Shown: piece by piece, positions 14,301-28,200 of the stretch | Numbering within the stretch: the first letter of the stretch is position 1 | How the letters are laid out: the number at the start of each line of letters is the position of its first letter | Assembly (NCBI GenBank): GCA_964035545.1 | Contig: OZ037767.1 | Coordinates: 8,442,581 to 8,506,580, forward strand | Direction of reading: 5' to 3' | Source of the DNA: Bugula neritina | Lineage: Eukaryota > Animalia > Bryozoa | Length of the DNA: 64,000 bases | Notes under the pieces: generated by a model | Told to the model about the DNA's origin: nothing | Database searches by the model: none | Seen by the model: the letters and a program-made list of their open reading frames with translations, nothing else | Made by a program: the position numbers and the translations under genes

Positions 14301-17008
14301 CTCAATATGTATGAAGTTCAAAATATAAAACATTAACTTATTGCTTAAAAATCTTAGCTCGTTTTCAAATCATGATACAATCTGTTTTTGCACTATGTAT
14401 ATAATAATATAGCATTTATACACTGATATTCATATTCACTAAAGACTTTATCAGTGCAAGGTTTTGTGCTGCATGTGTGTATACTATCACTGCATTGTCA
14501 TACTTGACTATTGTACTGTCGAATCTAGAATAAACATACCTCGTGTTTTGTACTGATTCTTAGATCTATACGGGTTTGGAGTTTGAAAGATAGAAAACTG
14601 AAGTACACCCTCAGGGGTCACACTGATGAAATTGAGGTGTGAAATTATGTTATATTTTTATTTACTGGCACTGGTGGCCGGTGGGGCTCCAGTATTCAAA
14701 ACAATTTTGTAATAATTATATGATTGATAAAAAAGCTCACAACACACTAATTTGTTTCTTATCAAACTGAATGAAATTATATATAATTAGTAACTTGATT
14801 ATCTACATATAAGGAAGCAAAATGCTAGTCTATATGATACATTGTAGTGCCTTGTGGTGCGGGGGAGTATATGTGTTACTGGTGGCTGGGACGGTATGCT
14901 GATACTCTGGAATATGCTAGAAGGAGAGATGATGTTTGCACTGAAAGGCCATGAAGATTGTGAGTGCTGCATCTGCTCTTTAATGTGAAGACGCCAAATA
15001 GACTATGTCTTGTAGTTAGATGTAGTTTGAGTTTATAGCATGTAAAAACTTATTTGGTAATATTTATATTTTGTTTTGTAATATTGTGAGTTTTCTATAC
15101 CAACACATTATCTTTGTATATACTACATTTATTTAGAAAATAAGACAACTCTTCTAGTCTTTAGTCTTTAGGTTTATTTTATATCATAATTCATATAAAA
15201 ATGGGCACCTTGTTTCAATATAACTTGTGCCTATGCATGACATACAGTTTAATAGCAAATCACATAATGTAGAGGTTTTCACCTGAATTAACATTATATA
15301 AAGTGTGGGTGTATATTTCTATAAAAAGAAAACATTTAATATGTTTTGCTTCTTGTTTTTTTCTACTGGACCATATTTGATGTAGCTGTGATGTGCTGCG
15401 ACATGGATGATGATGTCATAGTTAGTGGTAGCGGTGATGGTACTGTCAGAGTGTGGAGAATTCTCTCTGCCGACTGTGAACATGTTCTGGACTCCAACTT
15501 AAAGGAAGTAGTAAGTTTTATGGCACATAAAGAGTAGCAATAGCTTAAGGATATCTAATATTTGACTGGCATCAATCAATTTCTTGTACATGAACTTCAC
15601 AACTGTTAGAGTGGCAATAGTTTAAAGGACGTTTTATTGGCACTAGTTGTTCTTTTTTTACATTAGCTTCATAGCTGATAGTTGAGTTGCTTCTCTAAGT
15701 ATAGTCTATCACCATAAGAACTACATAAATTATGTCAGCATGAAATAAACTTTGTTTTATTATTTTTTGTATAATTAGCTCCACTTAGTTGAGGCTCTAC
15801 ATCTCATATTGTTATGTTTATTTACAATAGTACTGTCTGAAGTTAACACCTACACTGATAGTAGCTGGTGGTACAACTAGTAAAATAGTTATATGGAGCA
15901 GGGAGGGTGAGTCATTTACTCTAAGTACTACATACTTTGTAAAATTAGATGTTAGTGCTATTGTATCTTCAATACAGTATTACTGAGAAACCACTTTACT
16001 GCAAGGCCTACTTAATAACTGCGAATTGTTTGTATTCATTGTCATAGTTAACCATCTAGTACACATACATATCTGTTTTTAATGCTTGATTGTCACTTAT
16101 GTGTATATTTTTTATTTTTGTATCAAATGCAACAAATCAGCAGTCTTTGGGCTAGTAAATTGGTTGTTTCTCCAGAGTTCACTAAGCAATAAGTTAAGCA
16201 TTTCTGTGCATTCTCATAATAAAAAATTAATTTGCCTTTTTGATAATAAAAACAAAAGTCTAAAATATTGTTGAAGTTATGCTGTTTGTTTTTTCTACAG
16301 ACTAACATCTTGAGATCACTTATAGGTTAGCGTTAGCGTACTCCCACTCCCACTACTACTACTGCTGCTGCTACGACTACTGCCACTGTCACCACCACCA
16401 CTAGGTTACTGTGTTATATTGCCAGGTTTGCTTTTAGAGTTTACTGAGATGTTTGTACTGAAGCAGCATCTTGGTATTGTCCGAACTTTGAGTCTCAACG
16501 GAGATCTTTTGATATCTGGAGGAGACAGGAAGATGATATGCGTCTGGTGCACAAAGGTGAGCATATTGTCTGATATTCTGAGCAACTTCTATTTTCACTG
16601 AAGTGTGAAACTGTTGCAAATATCAGCAACTTTTTCAAAAATATTATTTGCTTCAACATCTGGATAAGTCCGTCGCCCAATTAAACAAATAACCATTTCC
16701 ATCACGGGTTTACTCACAGGGATAGTGACTATAAACTTGTGTGAGTTATTTGCTTCAACTATTCTATTTTCCTGTCATGCATGCAAAAGATACAAACCTG
16801 TGTATAAACTTACATGTATAGCAATAAATACAGCATTTCCAGATTTGTAGGTATGTACTTGCGTTGTGTTTTGATTTAGACTGGGAAATTGATGAACGTC
16901 GTGCACAGAAACCCTGACCTCCTCCATCTGATGTATGTGAATGAGACAAAGATAATAACAGCATCTCCCAACGCACCTGGTTCTATTACTCTCCTTAGTT
17001 ACTGGTAG
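11317..17008 (+). CDS. F-box/WD40-repeat protein (FBXW family)
   Basis: Exons 11317-11447, 11782-11912, 12662-12814, 13516-13631, 14070-14221, 14564-14636, 14848-14959, 15386-15510, 15831-15906, ~16426-16556, 16880-17008. F-box IPDEIIEKIFLNLDVKDICAACLVCSKW followed by WD40 repeats (GHTDEI, VTGGWDGMLILW, GHEDSV, IVSGSGDGTVRVW, LISGGDRKMICVW). Orthologue not identifiable. Confidence 0.92.
12186..12389. mobile_element. Degenerate MITE with G-rich core
   Basis: Imperfect inverted ends (GGTAAAAA...GGCAC / GTGCC...TTTTGACC), central GGGTTT-like repeats, flanked by a TATTAGAT direct repeat (12178-12185, 12391-12398). Confidence 0.6.
12859..13200 (+). mobile_element. hAT (Charlie/Buster-like) MITE, copy 2
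   Basis: TIRs CAGGGATGTCCAAC / GTTGGACACTCCTG; perfect 8-bp TSD GCCTAGAC at 12851-12858 and 13201-13208. Confidence 0.9.
16658..16745 (+). mobile_element. 5'-truncated copy of the tRNA-derived SINE
   Basis: Matches the 3' end of the 60936 SINE (ATAAGTCC...CACAGGGATAGTGACTATAAACTT..GTGAG); perfect 14-bp TSD TTATTTGCTTCAAC at 16644-16657 and 16746-16759. Confidence 0.85.
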
Positions 17009-17742
17009 TGCTGTAACGGTCCTCATCTACCAATAGCTCGGTGTCTAATGTGATTTCATGCTGCTTTTATTTTATTCCTGTGTTATCATTACATCCTTTG
17101 ACAACTGATTAAGACATAGAATTTCTATCACATAAATTCGGTGCATTTTTCATGACAATCAGTTTAATTTTGTGTACATAAAGTTTTACACCAACAACTA
17201 CATTGAACTGTTTCAGCTTAAGTATTTTTGAATTTCATTTCATTTTCTCAACTCCGGCCATTATTTCCACGCTTCCTGATCTCCTTAACTGTGTTTTTTT
17301 TTTGTTATTGGCTCATCTGTTGCTCAGTTTTTATCTTTTTTATTCAATATCCACCTTTTTTTACATCTTTTGAATGAGTTTTTCAAAATTATATCAAATT
17401 GTTCAGGTGTTTATTTGAGTAGATTTTTGCTGTTTTATTTAGCGTCATTGTTTGTCCACAACCCATAGTATGCATGCCGTGGTATAGTCTTTTTTAGCTC
17501 ACTATTATTCTATTAGATTAAAAAAAATTTCTTGCTTTAACTTCCATTTTTGCTTAGGTTGAAATTTCCTCATTTTTTCGGGCATTTTATTTTCTTTATC
17601 TATTTTTACTTCAACATCAAGTACTTTTAAAAAATATTACTTGTGTATTGAAAAAAATACAAACAACACTTATAAATACAGTCGCGGTTCTAAATCACAG
17701 TGGCGTAGTTGTTCATGCTGTAGTGTTTATAACAGACATAAT

Positions 17743-18635
17743 CTATGGTTTCTCTTCAGTAATCTGCTCAACCAAGGCATCGACTGTAATCTCATGTCTA
17801 CTCAGTGATGAGTCACTCAACTCCTTGCCGTCTTCTGTATTCAGTGTCAGTTCAGACAGTGTAGCTAAGTTCCTATTCTCTTGGTTTGTCTGCGCAAGTG
17901 ACGAGCTCATTACGTCCCGTTTATTTCTATGTAGCTCGTGTTTATAACTCGGTATACCATAGTCCTCTATCTCTCCTTCATCATTGATGTGTGGCCCAGT
18001 TATTACATATGAAAACTCTATAAAATAGAGTTTACAGCTCAATAATTATTATATAAACTATAAGTGATAGCAGCTATGATGATAGTCATTTTATTTGTGT
18101 TGGTGATTGCTTCCGTAGAAACCACTACCTTGTTCATCTACAGCACAAAAAAATTATATTCCACTTTGGACTATTGTGAATTATAAGCTGCTAGTGGTCT
18201 CCAGAATCTATATGTAACATCATCTATGATGCAGTACATTGTACAATTAATGATGCATTTATCATACTAATTTCTTAACTAGCAACCAATGTATTTATAA
18301 TCTACCTAAATAAAATTCTATATAATACATTTCAATTATAAGTGTATTGTCCATATTACAGTAACTTGATGTGGTCATTGACATCCTGGTACAGGGAGAG
18401 CAAGATGTTTGTATGTAATTTTTGAAAGTTTTTATGCAGTGCAAATTTAGAAAAGCGCTGAAGTACAAATTTACTCACCATCAAAGTCAATTTCTCCATT
18501 TTCATCTTTATCAAAACATCTGATAATCTCATCCACTTCTTCTTCAGTCATTGGCTCTCCCAGCTTGCTCAGAATATATGAAAATTCTTCTTTGCTTAAA
18601 GTTCCGTTATTATCCTAAATTAGTGTGTACAGCAA

Positions 18636-18729
<94 letters not shown>

Positions 18730-20146
18730 CATACATACATGTATAAAAGTTATAACATATACAAATTACAATGTAATCTCGTTACATGCATCTGTGTAAC
18801 ATTGCAGTACACAGATGCATATCCTGCTATGTACAGACAAGAGGTATAAGTTCCAGCTGTGGCCAGTACCTTGTCAAACACCATAAATGCCTCTTTGATA
18901 TCCTCCATTGACTCCTGGTCGTTCCATTTCAGGTAAATAAGGAAGACAAACTCATCTTTGTCATACATCCCATCTTCTGTAAACATGTTTTATACCACCT
19001 TATCTCATAGTGCTGTCTTGTGTCATCATAATTGTAAATACTACTGATCTCGCAGTATTTGGTGAAGTATACGAATAGATCCAACCCAGCTTTAGCTTAA
19101 TGTAATAAAAGTATTTCATCGCTTTTTGTTGTAAATAAAAATTGTTACTTAGTAATTTTCTTCATTTGGATCATTTTCTAAGCCAATAACAAGTTGTAGC
19201 AAATAATAGATTAGTAGCCAGTCTATGTCAGTAATGTTTTTCTACTTGATGTCCTAAAGTATAGTAAGTTAGTAATTGCTGCTTACCATTCAAGTCTACA
19301 GTGTTAAGTAAATCTTCCATCTCTTTCTCTGTCATCTCCGGGTCTATGCTGTAAATTAAATCCATTACTTGCTCTTTGCTCACCAGCCCATCTCTGTCAG
19401 AATCCAAAATGTCAAACGATTCCTTTATTTCTACAAAACATACAAGAACTGGTTTAAAAAATGTGAATGGTTGTCTTCTGTTCGAGTCTATTTGAGTGAA
19501 GAATACTAAGTTAATACATCTATCAGAAGCTAGTGTATTGGGTGTCATTATATGCACCATAAGTTCATTCTAACTTTAACCATTTTATCAATTTTTAGAC
19601 AGTTTGGCAATGTTTTGGCCATACATACCACCACACTTTAAATTGATTTGTAGATCTAAATATTTTTGCACTACATGCTACACACCTTTTGTCAGTTTTT
19701 CAGGCAATACTCCTAGAGGTTTTGACGTTTTCTTCTCTATTATCTATAATAGCATATTATACATTACATAATGTAAGCGCATAGCAGTTCATTCATAAGT
19801 GCTAAATTTGATGCAACATTATATTATTTGATACAAATTATACGTTAGTGTAAGTCCTGTGAACAGCAGAGATGTCTGTCTGGCTTAAAATAGATTTTTA
19901 TAATAATAAATATAAACCGTGCCTTATGTTTGACATAAAAAGTAATCTCTTGATATTGTTTTTTATACTTGTAGCTTTTTAACTGCTTGATATGTATAAA
20001 AGTGTAAAAGTTTACAAATTCAAAAGCACTTATATATAAAAGACTTGTAGTTTTCAAGTGTATATATCGTCTATATATGAAAGATTTTGTATTAAAATAT
20101 GTAGCATTACCTGAGTTAACATAGATGCAACTTTTTGCATATGCAT
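17743..20146 (-). CDS. Calmodulin-like 4-EF-hand protein B with acidic C-terminal extension
   Basis: Exons 20111-~20146 (start uncertain, could be 20272), 19686-19743, 19287-19430, 18870-18976, 18479-18614, 17743-18017. EF loops DSDRDGLVSKEQ, DLNEDGMYDKDE, DKDNNGTLSKEE, DKDENGEIDFDE. Confidence 0.88.
18643..18728. repeat. (TA)n microsatellite
   Basis: Perfect TA run of about 43 units in an intron of CaM-like B. Confidence 0.98.
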
Positions 20147-22208
20147 TCCCTTTTCTTTATTGGTGAGTAAAAAAGCTGGAGAAGATTTAGATCTGGGGGT
20201 CAAGTCAGTGTGTGACCTAGCTGTCGTGCCGAGAGAGGCATAAAATTTAAACTTGTTGAGTGACTTACTCATACTTCTGTCAGCCTGCTACCTGTCACCA
20301 TTGCAAAACATGTGGAATTTACAGTGTGACTTTTCTTAAAGCTGATTTTAAAAGATCTGATTGCATTTCAGATACTGCATTGTGACCAACCATACTGAAT
20401 GGTACGCAGTTACTAGATGTCACATAGTCACATCTTTTTACTTTTCACACAGTTCAATCTTATGACTCAACTAATATACTGCCAGCTGACTCATTATGCC
20501 ACATCATGTGTTGCTCACACAAGTCAACCATTTTGTCACATTAATGAGTAACTGAACAATAAATTCTTAATAAATATTACAGTCCTAACACACTTGTATC
20601 TACCTGCCACATCTACCCTCTGGCACACTTGTCAGTGCTTGTCACAATAATAATCGCGTCAGTCAGACTTAGCAATACCTGGGGCCTGCTTGTTGAATCC
20701 CTGTTTATCTGATCTATCACAAGCACAGACAAGCACATGCACACTTCTTCCTGACCCGTCACCAACTACTAGTTTTGGTCCTTTAAGTCTAAGGATATAT
20801 ACGTAAAAACTAGCACCCTTTGGCCATGGTGCTATTGTATAATATGTTCTGTGGGCAGAAAAGGTATGTTGGCATTTGAGATATAAGAAAGAAATGTCAG
20901 TGCACATCCTGTGATGTTATTACCTGACATGTTTTCATCACCAGAGGCTAGAAAGTTGGGTCACTTTAATGTCGTGTAATCTCTTTCTAACCTCAAACAA
21001 TTTTTATTGTGCATGAATAAGTTTGCAAATATCTTGGATGCATTGAAGTTAAAAAACCGATAAATAGTCACAATTTGTATTTGAAACATCAGTTCTTTAC
21101 AAATTCTAAAAATGGGCAGTTTAAAATATGAGTTACATCTATGCCAGAAATGTTGTGATTAAGAAATATAAAATAAGGTGAGACAACTGCCATCGGCGGC
21201 ATTAAAAATAATGAATTTTGAATAATGAAGGAGAGAAAGAGCTGAATTAAATTGTTTTATAATTCATTGAACGTACAGATTGCTTGAAAGTCATTTGTTT
21301 TTTCTAATTTCAAGCTATAATTTGCTTTCACGAAACCAAATGACATTTTGTTACAGACGCATACTGTGTTATATGTGAAGTATATTATAGTTTAATATAT
21401 TGTATAGTTGGGTAGATAGAGATGATAAGAAAACAAAAGGTTTTTTAAATCACAGGTTCAGGTGCTTTTTCTTCAAAACTGAAGTTTCTTCGCTTGGCTG
21501 GTCACTTAAATTGCATGCCAAAACACCACATGCTATCTATCTTTTTTTACACTGTTGGAAGGAACTAGTTGCAAACTGCTTAGGTCTTATAGGCTTATAC
21601 ACAAAACACTGGTAATTTGTCATAGGGAACTCAAGTAGACAAACAAGCTGATAAGCAGGTCTAAGCCTGGTGACTTGAATTACAATGACCAGTTGTATAA
21701 AATAAAGCTTCAAGACATTTGTTAATTTATCACCAGTACATTTGCAGCAATAATAATTGTAAATATACCAGCTTTTTTATTAAATAGCTATACATGTTTT
21801 CTGCTATATTAAAAAGGACATTAATGTACATATTTTGCTTAGTTACTTTATTAGATCAATTATGACTGTATAAAGTTGAATGCAATATGGTTTTTATGTA
21901 TGTATACTTTGTTCAAAAATCACATTATTATATTATATCCGTTTTGTAATATGTTACAAATTTCAATACCAACTAGAGGGGCAACAGATAATTTGATAGC
22001 CAAGAGAATTGTACTTACAAAATTTATTCTTGATAATTTTTATTACAGAAATTATGTTGTAGATAAATAAACAAATCTTGTAAATAAATAAATTATTTTA
22101 CTTGATTAAATAAAAATATAATTTAAATTTGCTGAGTTCATTAGCTCTGTTCATTGGGATATAAGGTGAATGTGAAAGTAGAATAAAATTAGCTGAGCTG
22201 CGTACACC

Positions 22209-25200
22209 TCAGACATAATCTTCCTCGTCTGAGTCTGGTGTGTAATGAGCAGGGTGTATACTCATGTTCCTGATGACATCAGAGCACATGGAGAAGTCAC
22301 TCTCTGCGCTGCTATGACTCCGCACCTCGTCACCACCGTGACTCTTCCTCTTTCCTCCAGGCGACTTCTTCCCGTACAGATCGTGGTATCTCTCGATCAC
22401 CGCATCTGCTCTGAGAAGGCCACTAGTATCACCCTTTGGTTTCTCTGGTATAACCAACTTACCACCCATAAGTGGACGAATTGTTTGTAAAGGTCGAAGT
22501 TCAGCAGCTGACTTTAGCATCATCTTACCGATCTGAGACCTTTTGCTTTCTGACTTTGAAGTTCTGCCTGCTTCTTGTTCAGAACTGGTAGTTTTTTTCC
22601 CAGACTTGCTTGTTGATGAGCTTTTGCCTTCTTTTCTGTAACATAATTTATAAAAATACTATTAATATCATAATTCACCATGTAAATATATTACTATAAA
22701 ATAGTTTCATTATGTAATGATATATTTTTAGGCCCTTCATTCTGATTTCACTATTATACGTATTATTCAATACATGGTTGCTGAGTATCTAATAGATTGA
22801 GAGCAAAATAAATTAGCTGTTATAGAGCCAGTTCCTCAAAGATTATTGCCCAACATAAAGTGAATTTACAACTCTGCGAGCAATGATGAATAAAATGATC
22901 ATATTCAAATATTAAAGGTTCAACCTGTACTCCATTCATTTGCTTAGCAGTACCCCTTATCTACTGCAGTACCAGGTCAATTCCCAATGGCAGAAAAAGC
23001 TGAATTGTGCTTAAGAGCAATTACTTTACACTACACAGGGCACTTCTAAACCAATAAAATAGACACCTAGGAGTTTGCCAGATAGCGCAAGTTGTAAGGG
23101 TTGATAACTCCTCACTGTTAAGTCACAAACTCTAACATTGCATATCTTTTCTCTATTTTATAATACACCATATAGCTAAATAATCATATAAGAAGTAATT
23201 ATAAATAAATGTTGTTAGTGAATTTATTTAGTAAACATACCTGGATTTGCGCTTCTTTTTACTGTGTTTACGGCCATGTGACTGAGAGGCATGAGATGGT
23301 GGCATCAGCCTGTCTTTAGCGTTAGCAGATTTCAGTGGTATTCCGTGATCAAACTTTCCCTGAGCATTCAGATGGGGTCCAGTCATTACATACGCAAACT
23401 CTGCAATTTGTAATTATCAATGAGTTCTAAAACACTTCTGCTAACTAAATCCCCAAAATGATACAAAACCAACATATTTCTCTATGTTTCAAGAAAATTA
23501 TGTGCTATAGAAATTTTTAAAATAAAGTTAATAATCAAGAGAAATTTATTGCCATAATTAGTATTTAATTGTTGACTAGAAGAAATAAAGCATTTGAAAT
23601 GCTGCTCACAAGCAGATTTGTGAACATTATACCATCAAAGTCTATTTCTCCACTGCCATCTCTGTCAAAGTAGTTCAGAATTTCATCAACTTCCGTGTCA
23701 GTGAGTGGTTCGCCCAGTTTCCTCAGGATGTATGCAAACTCATCTCTGGAGAGAGCCCCGCTATCATCCTATCAACCCCAAGGGAAATAAAACTGCATGC
23801 AAGTCATATTCTGACATCATTGTTTTTGAACTGTTGATACAAGTCGAACTCAATTTAAGTTTATTTTAGACCTTCACATGTTACAATATAATTAAGCTAA
23901 AACTGCTGTAACTAGCTTTTAAAAAACTTGAGCCTCCACTAAGTGGCGTTTATACCTTCACGACTTTCAGTCAGAAATTTAATTTGGCGCTGAGCTGAAA
24001 TTTCACCGAGTTTCATTGCATTGTAAAAGCCACTCGTGAAAATGTTTGTATTGTTATTACCTAATCGGCGATTTCAAAATAGTAATCAAAAGTAATCATA
24101 GTTCCTTGTAGATATCGGTGTTTAATTATAACTTATGCCTGTATTTTCAAAGGACGTAGACATATAATATCATAACCTACATCTTTGGAGTTTCTTCTGT
24201 AGTACCAGTTGACTTGTTATTATATTATTACTATATTATTGCATGTAGTAGCATGCAGGTAACTTGTTACTTGAATTGAGTTACCTTGTCAAATATTTTG
24301 AATGCTTCTTTAATATCGTCCACAGATTCCTGGTCATTCCACTTCAAGTACATCAGGAAGATATATTCATCCATGTCATACATACCATCTCCTGCAGGTT
24401 ATAGCATGTGATTATGTTGGAGAGGCATGTTGGAGTGAGGAGTTAGCTCCCCCATATTCATTTCTTTTACAAATGTTTGAATTTTGCAATAGTAGGCTAC
24501 TGCAAACTTAATTGTAAAAAAGGTCTATTTAACTGAGCCATGGGCAAGCATGCTCAATAATGCTATTGCGAGGTAGGTGCAGTAATGGAAAAGTTGAGAA
24601 AAGCCTGTGTTCTAGATTAAAAATGTAGCATAAGAAATTATGTTCTCATGAGAATTTCAACCTGCAGCCCAAACCAAAATTTAATAATAAATTAAAGAAC
24701 TTAGGCTATCTCAATTTCTCCACTGCTGCTCCTAAATGGTTATTGCTGTCAATACAGATGATTAATGCAACTGAATTTATATTGATGTTTATATTTTAGT
24801 AACTAAGGGTCATATTGTAAGTTGACAATAAACTTACGCCCTTAGCCAGGATACTCAAGTATATACAAATGTACTGATTCATTCCTGATTTTAGGTAAAT
24901 ATGCTCTAATGATCCTAGCAATGCACTATGTCAGCTAAGGATGTATGACTAGAAATGAGACAACTCCTTAATAAAAAGTTTGAGAGAATGTCTGACTCAC
25001 CATCTAGGTCAGCGGCATCTAACAAGTCCTCCATCTCATCATCTGTCGTGTCTGGATCTATTCTGTACAGCAGATTCTCTACTTGCTGCCGGGACACCAG
25101 CCCGTCACTGTTTGTATCCAGGATATAGAAGGCATCTCGAATGTCTGCAGTACAAAGAGTGACAATACAAACTGCTACATTCTGCAGCTAAATATAAGAA

Positions 25201-28200
25201 ATCATGGCATGTAAAGGGGAATTAGTCTTTTTCAGGAAAAAGATGGTTAGTTGAAGTTTTGAATTGCATCCAATTTTTTTCATCCATATTTTTCTGAACC
25301 ATAAAATTCAGTGAGTCAGTCAGTTAGTATAGCAAATACAGAAATCTCAGCATGTTAAATGTGCTTTGTAAAAATCAATTAGCTCTTAGAGTGTTTATTA
25401 CACACAATGTTCACTCATTGAGTTTATGTTTATAGACAAAGGTTAAGAAAACTGAGTATATTTGTTCATACAGAATGATATTTATTTTATTAATTAGATG
25501 TCATAACTAAACATGACAAACATAAATGCATGTCAAAAGGCCTAAAACTGCTAAATGCAAAGTTTACCCAGTGCTTCAAAAATTCTCGCTAGAGCAAAAT
25601 TTATATATTGTTCGTGCAAACTATCTTCAATTTTTTAGAGATAACACATGAAACTATTTAATATATGATTCATTACTCATTAAATATTATTATTAGTTAT
25701 TCCCTAAGCTGTGATTATCTAAAGAATACTGTTTTATATTGAGACTGGACGCTCCTAGACGACCATCAGACTGCTATTTTACACTCACGTCTGTAATGTC
25801 TATTCTATATATCCTGCTTCATATTATGCAATGGTGGTAATGATTTAATACTCAAGAATTATATAACACGTGTGTACTGTATAATATTATACTAACAGCA
25901 GTGTTCATGTGCAATAATATATACTTGAGTATGAGAGGCCTATGCAAGTAATTATATTCATGCACAGTTATATAACTTTTACATGTAACACTACTGATAG
26001 AGAAATAATTAACTTATAGGTTTTAAGAAAGGTAATTTGCTGGCAGCTTGTTATAATATAAGCTTGATTATTCCGATATTCTGGAGCTGTGTGTAATGCA
26101 TCTAATGCCTTTTTAATTACTTCATGTTTAGCAGTATACATATCAGTAATACGTAAAAAAGCATTAAAATATAATATAGCAATATGATAGTGTGATAATA
26201 CAATAATATGATATGACAGCAATATAGTATAGTGTGATAATATAATATATATATATATAATAACATAGCAATACAATAATACACAATGCAGAAATACAAC
26301 AGTATTATACTATTGCTGCAATCAGTAGGGGTAACGGGGGCACAACGGTCATAGGGGTACAAAAAGCCGGCCAAATTGTGAGAGAACTTATTAACTTAGA
26401 GTTGTGATTTTTTTTTCATAAAAAGATATTGACATAATTATTCAGCCTTTGTAGTTTCAACACTTGCGGAACATACGTGTTGAAAAGGCGAGTAAAAAAC
26501 TGTTTTTACCTACTTTTTGTAAATTTTTTAGGACGTCGTTAAAGCCTCATAACTTTTTACACTCAAAGGCAAGAAGCCTAGATTTTACTAATATTGTTGC
26601 CATTGCTTGTCTCTACAATGCTTAATTAGTATAACAGCAAACACTGAAATAAATTTTCCTTGAGGCACATTTATTCTCAATTTGGCCACATGGGGCACAA
26701 TGGACCACGCTGACCGGGGCACAATGGGCCACCTGATTATTGTACCCTAATCACTGTTATTAGTTTGTTTGCCTAAAAAGTTGGTTGAACTGTTACTAAA
26801 ATCTATAGATATTGCCATTTCTGACCTTTTTGTAAAATATCAAAGACATCATGGTAAGACTACAAAACTACAAATTGAAGCTCCCTTAATATATACATCT
26901 GGTGAGGTTAAAGCTTTGCAATTTTATACATAATACAAAACACTCTGCTGTTGCTACTAGTAGATAGTCATGATAATCATTATATATTAAACCATTGAGG
27001 GAATATACATGTATTTGACAGAAATGAATTGTGATTTGCTCATTTGCTTCCCCTCTCCCCTCCGTACTTCAGTCACAAACCTCAGTCATGCATGCACCTT
27101 AGCTACAGTTCATAGAAAAAAGTCTACTCGGATTTTTGTAGTACACGTTACTAAAGTTTTTTTTTGATAAACGTTGCTCTGAAGTGAAATAACAGAACAT
27201 TTTTAGTTCTAAACAGTAATGATAATGGCATTGCAGAACCGAGTGACGTGCGTTTGATTTTGCCTTCCTCTGCTAACCGTAGTAACACAAACTGTACAGC
27301 TAAAACATGAATTTTGCTGTAGATCTGAAAGAGAATCTTTATTTATTTGTAATATTAAATAAATAAAGATCAGATGTAACAAAATATACGCAAAATTTCA
27401 ATATATTTGTTGTGTCCCATTGTACCCCGGTACCGGGGCACAATGGGCCGATTTTTTTGTCGTGAACATTTCATTATTCTGAAAGTTGTGAGAGAGATAG
27501 AAACAACAAACTGATACCTGTAATAGACAACATATCCAGCATTAAGACTAGAGATTATTGAACTAGTAACTTGAAAAACAGACAAATGAGAGCAACAAAT
27601 GCAAAATTCGGCCCGTTGTGCCCCCGTTACCCCTACTGCTGAAAAATGAAATCAAAATATCTATAAAAATGGTACAAGTCAATTTTAAATCTGAATATTT
27701 GAGCCTAAAGCACTTTTTAACAGACAGTTGTTGCTAAATGTTTTTTAATAAATTTTACATTTCAATGTGGTAGTTAGAAATTTTGTCAAATCTAGTTTTT
27801 ATGATGAATTACTAGTTTTTAACTTTCTATTCTCTGTATTCTTCTATGCTTTATATTATTTTATTCTTTGTGTTATTCTATAACCTCTAATAAATTATTT
27901 CATAATTTATATTATTTTATCTTTTATGTTGTTACATATCTCTATATTATTTCATAATCACCATTATTTTGCTTTAAATCTTAACTAAGTATTATCATGA
28001 AATATAAATAGCAACATAAGAAAAAGAAAAAAGAGACAAGAAAAACAAAATAGAATTGTTTGAATGCAAATACTAAACTTGATTTGTAACTTTCTTAGAA
28101 GCATGAGTCGGCTTTTAAATCTCTGGAACTGATAAGTCTGATATTTGAGACCAGCACCTTTGATAAAGTATTAGATGTTGTTACTGTAACTACCAGCCCT

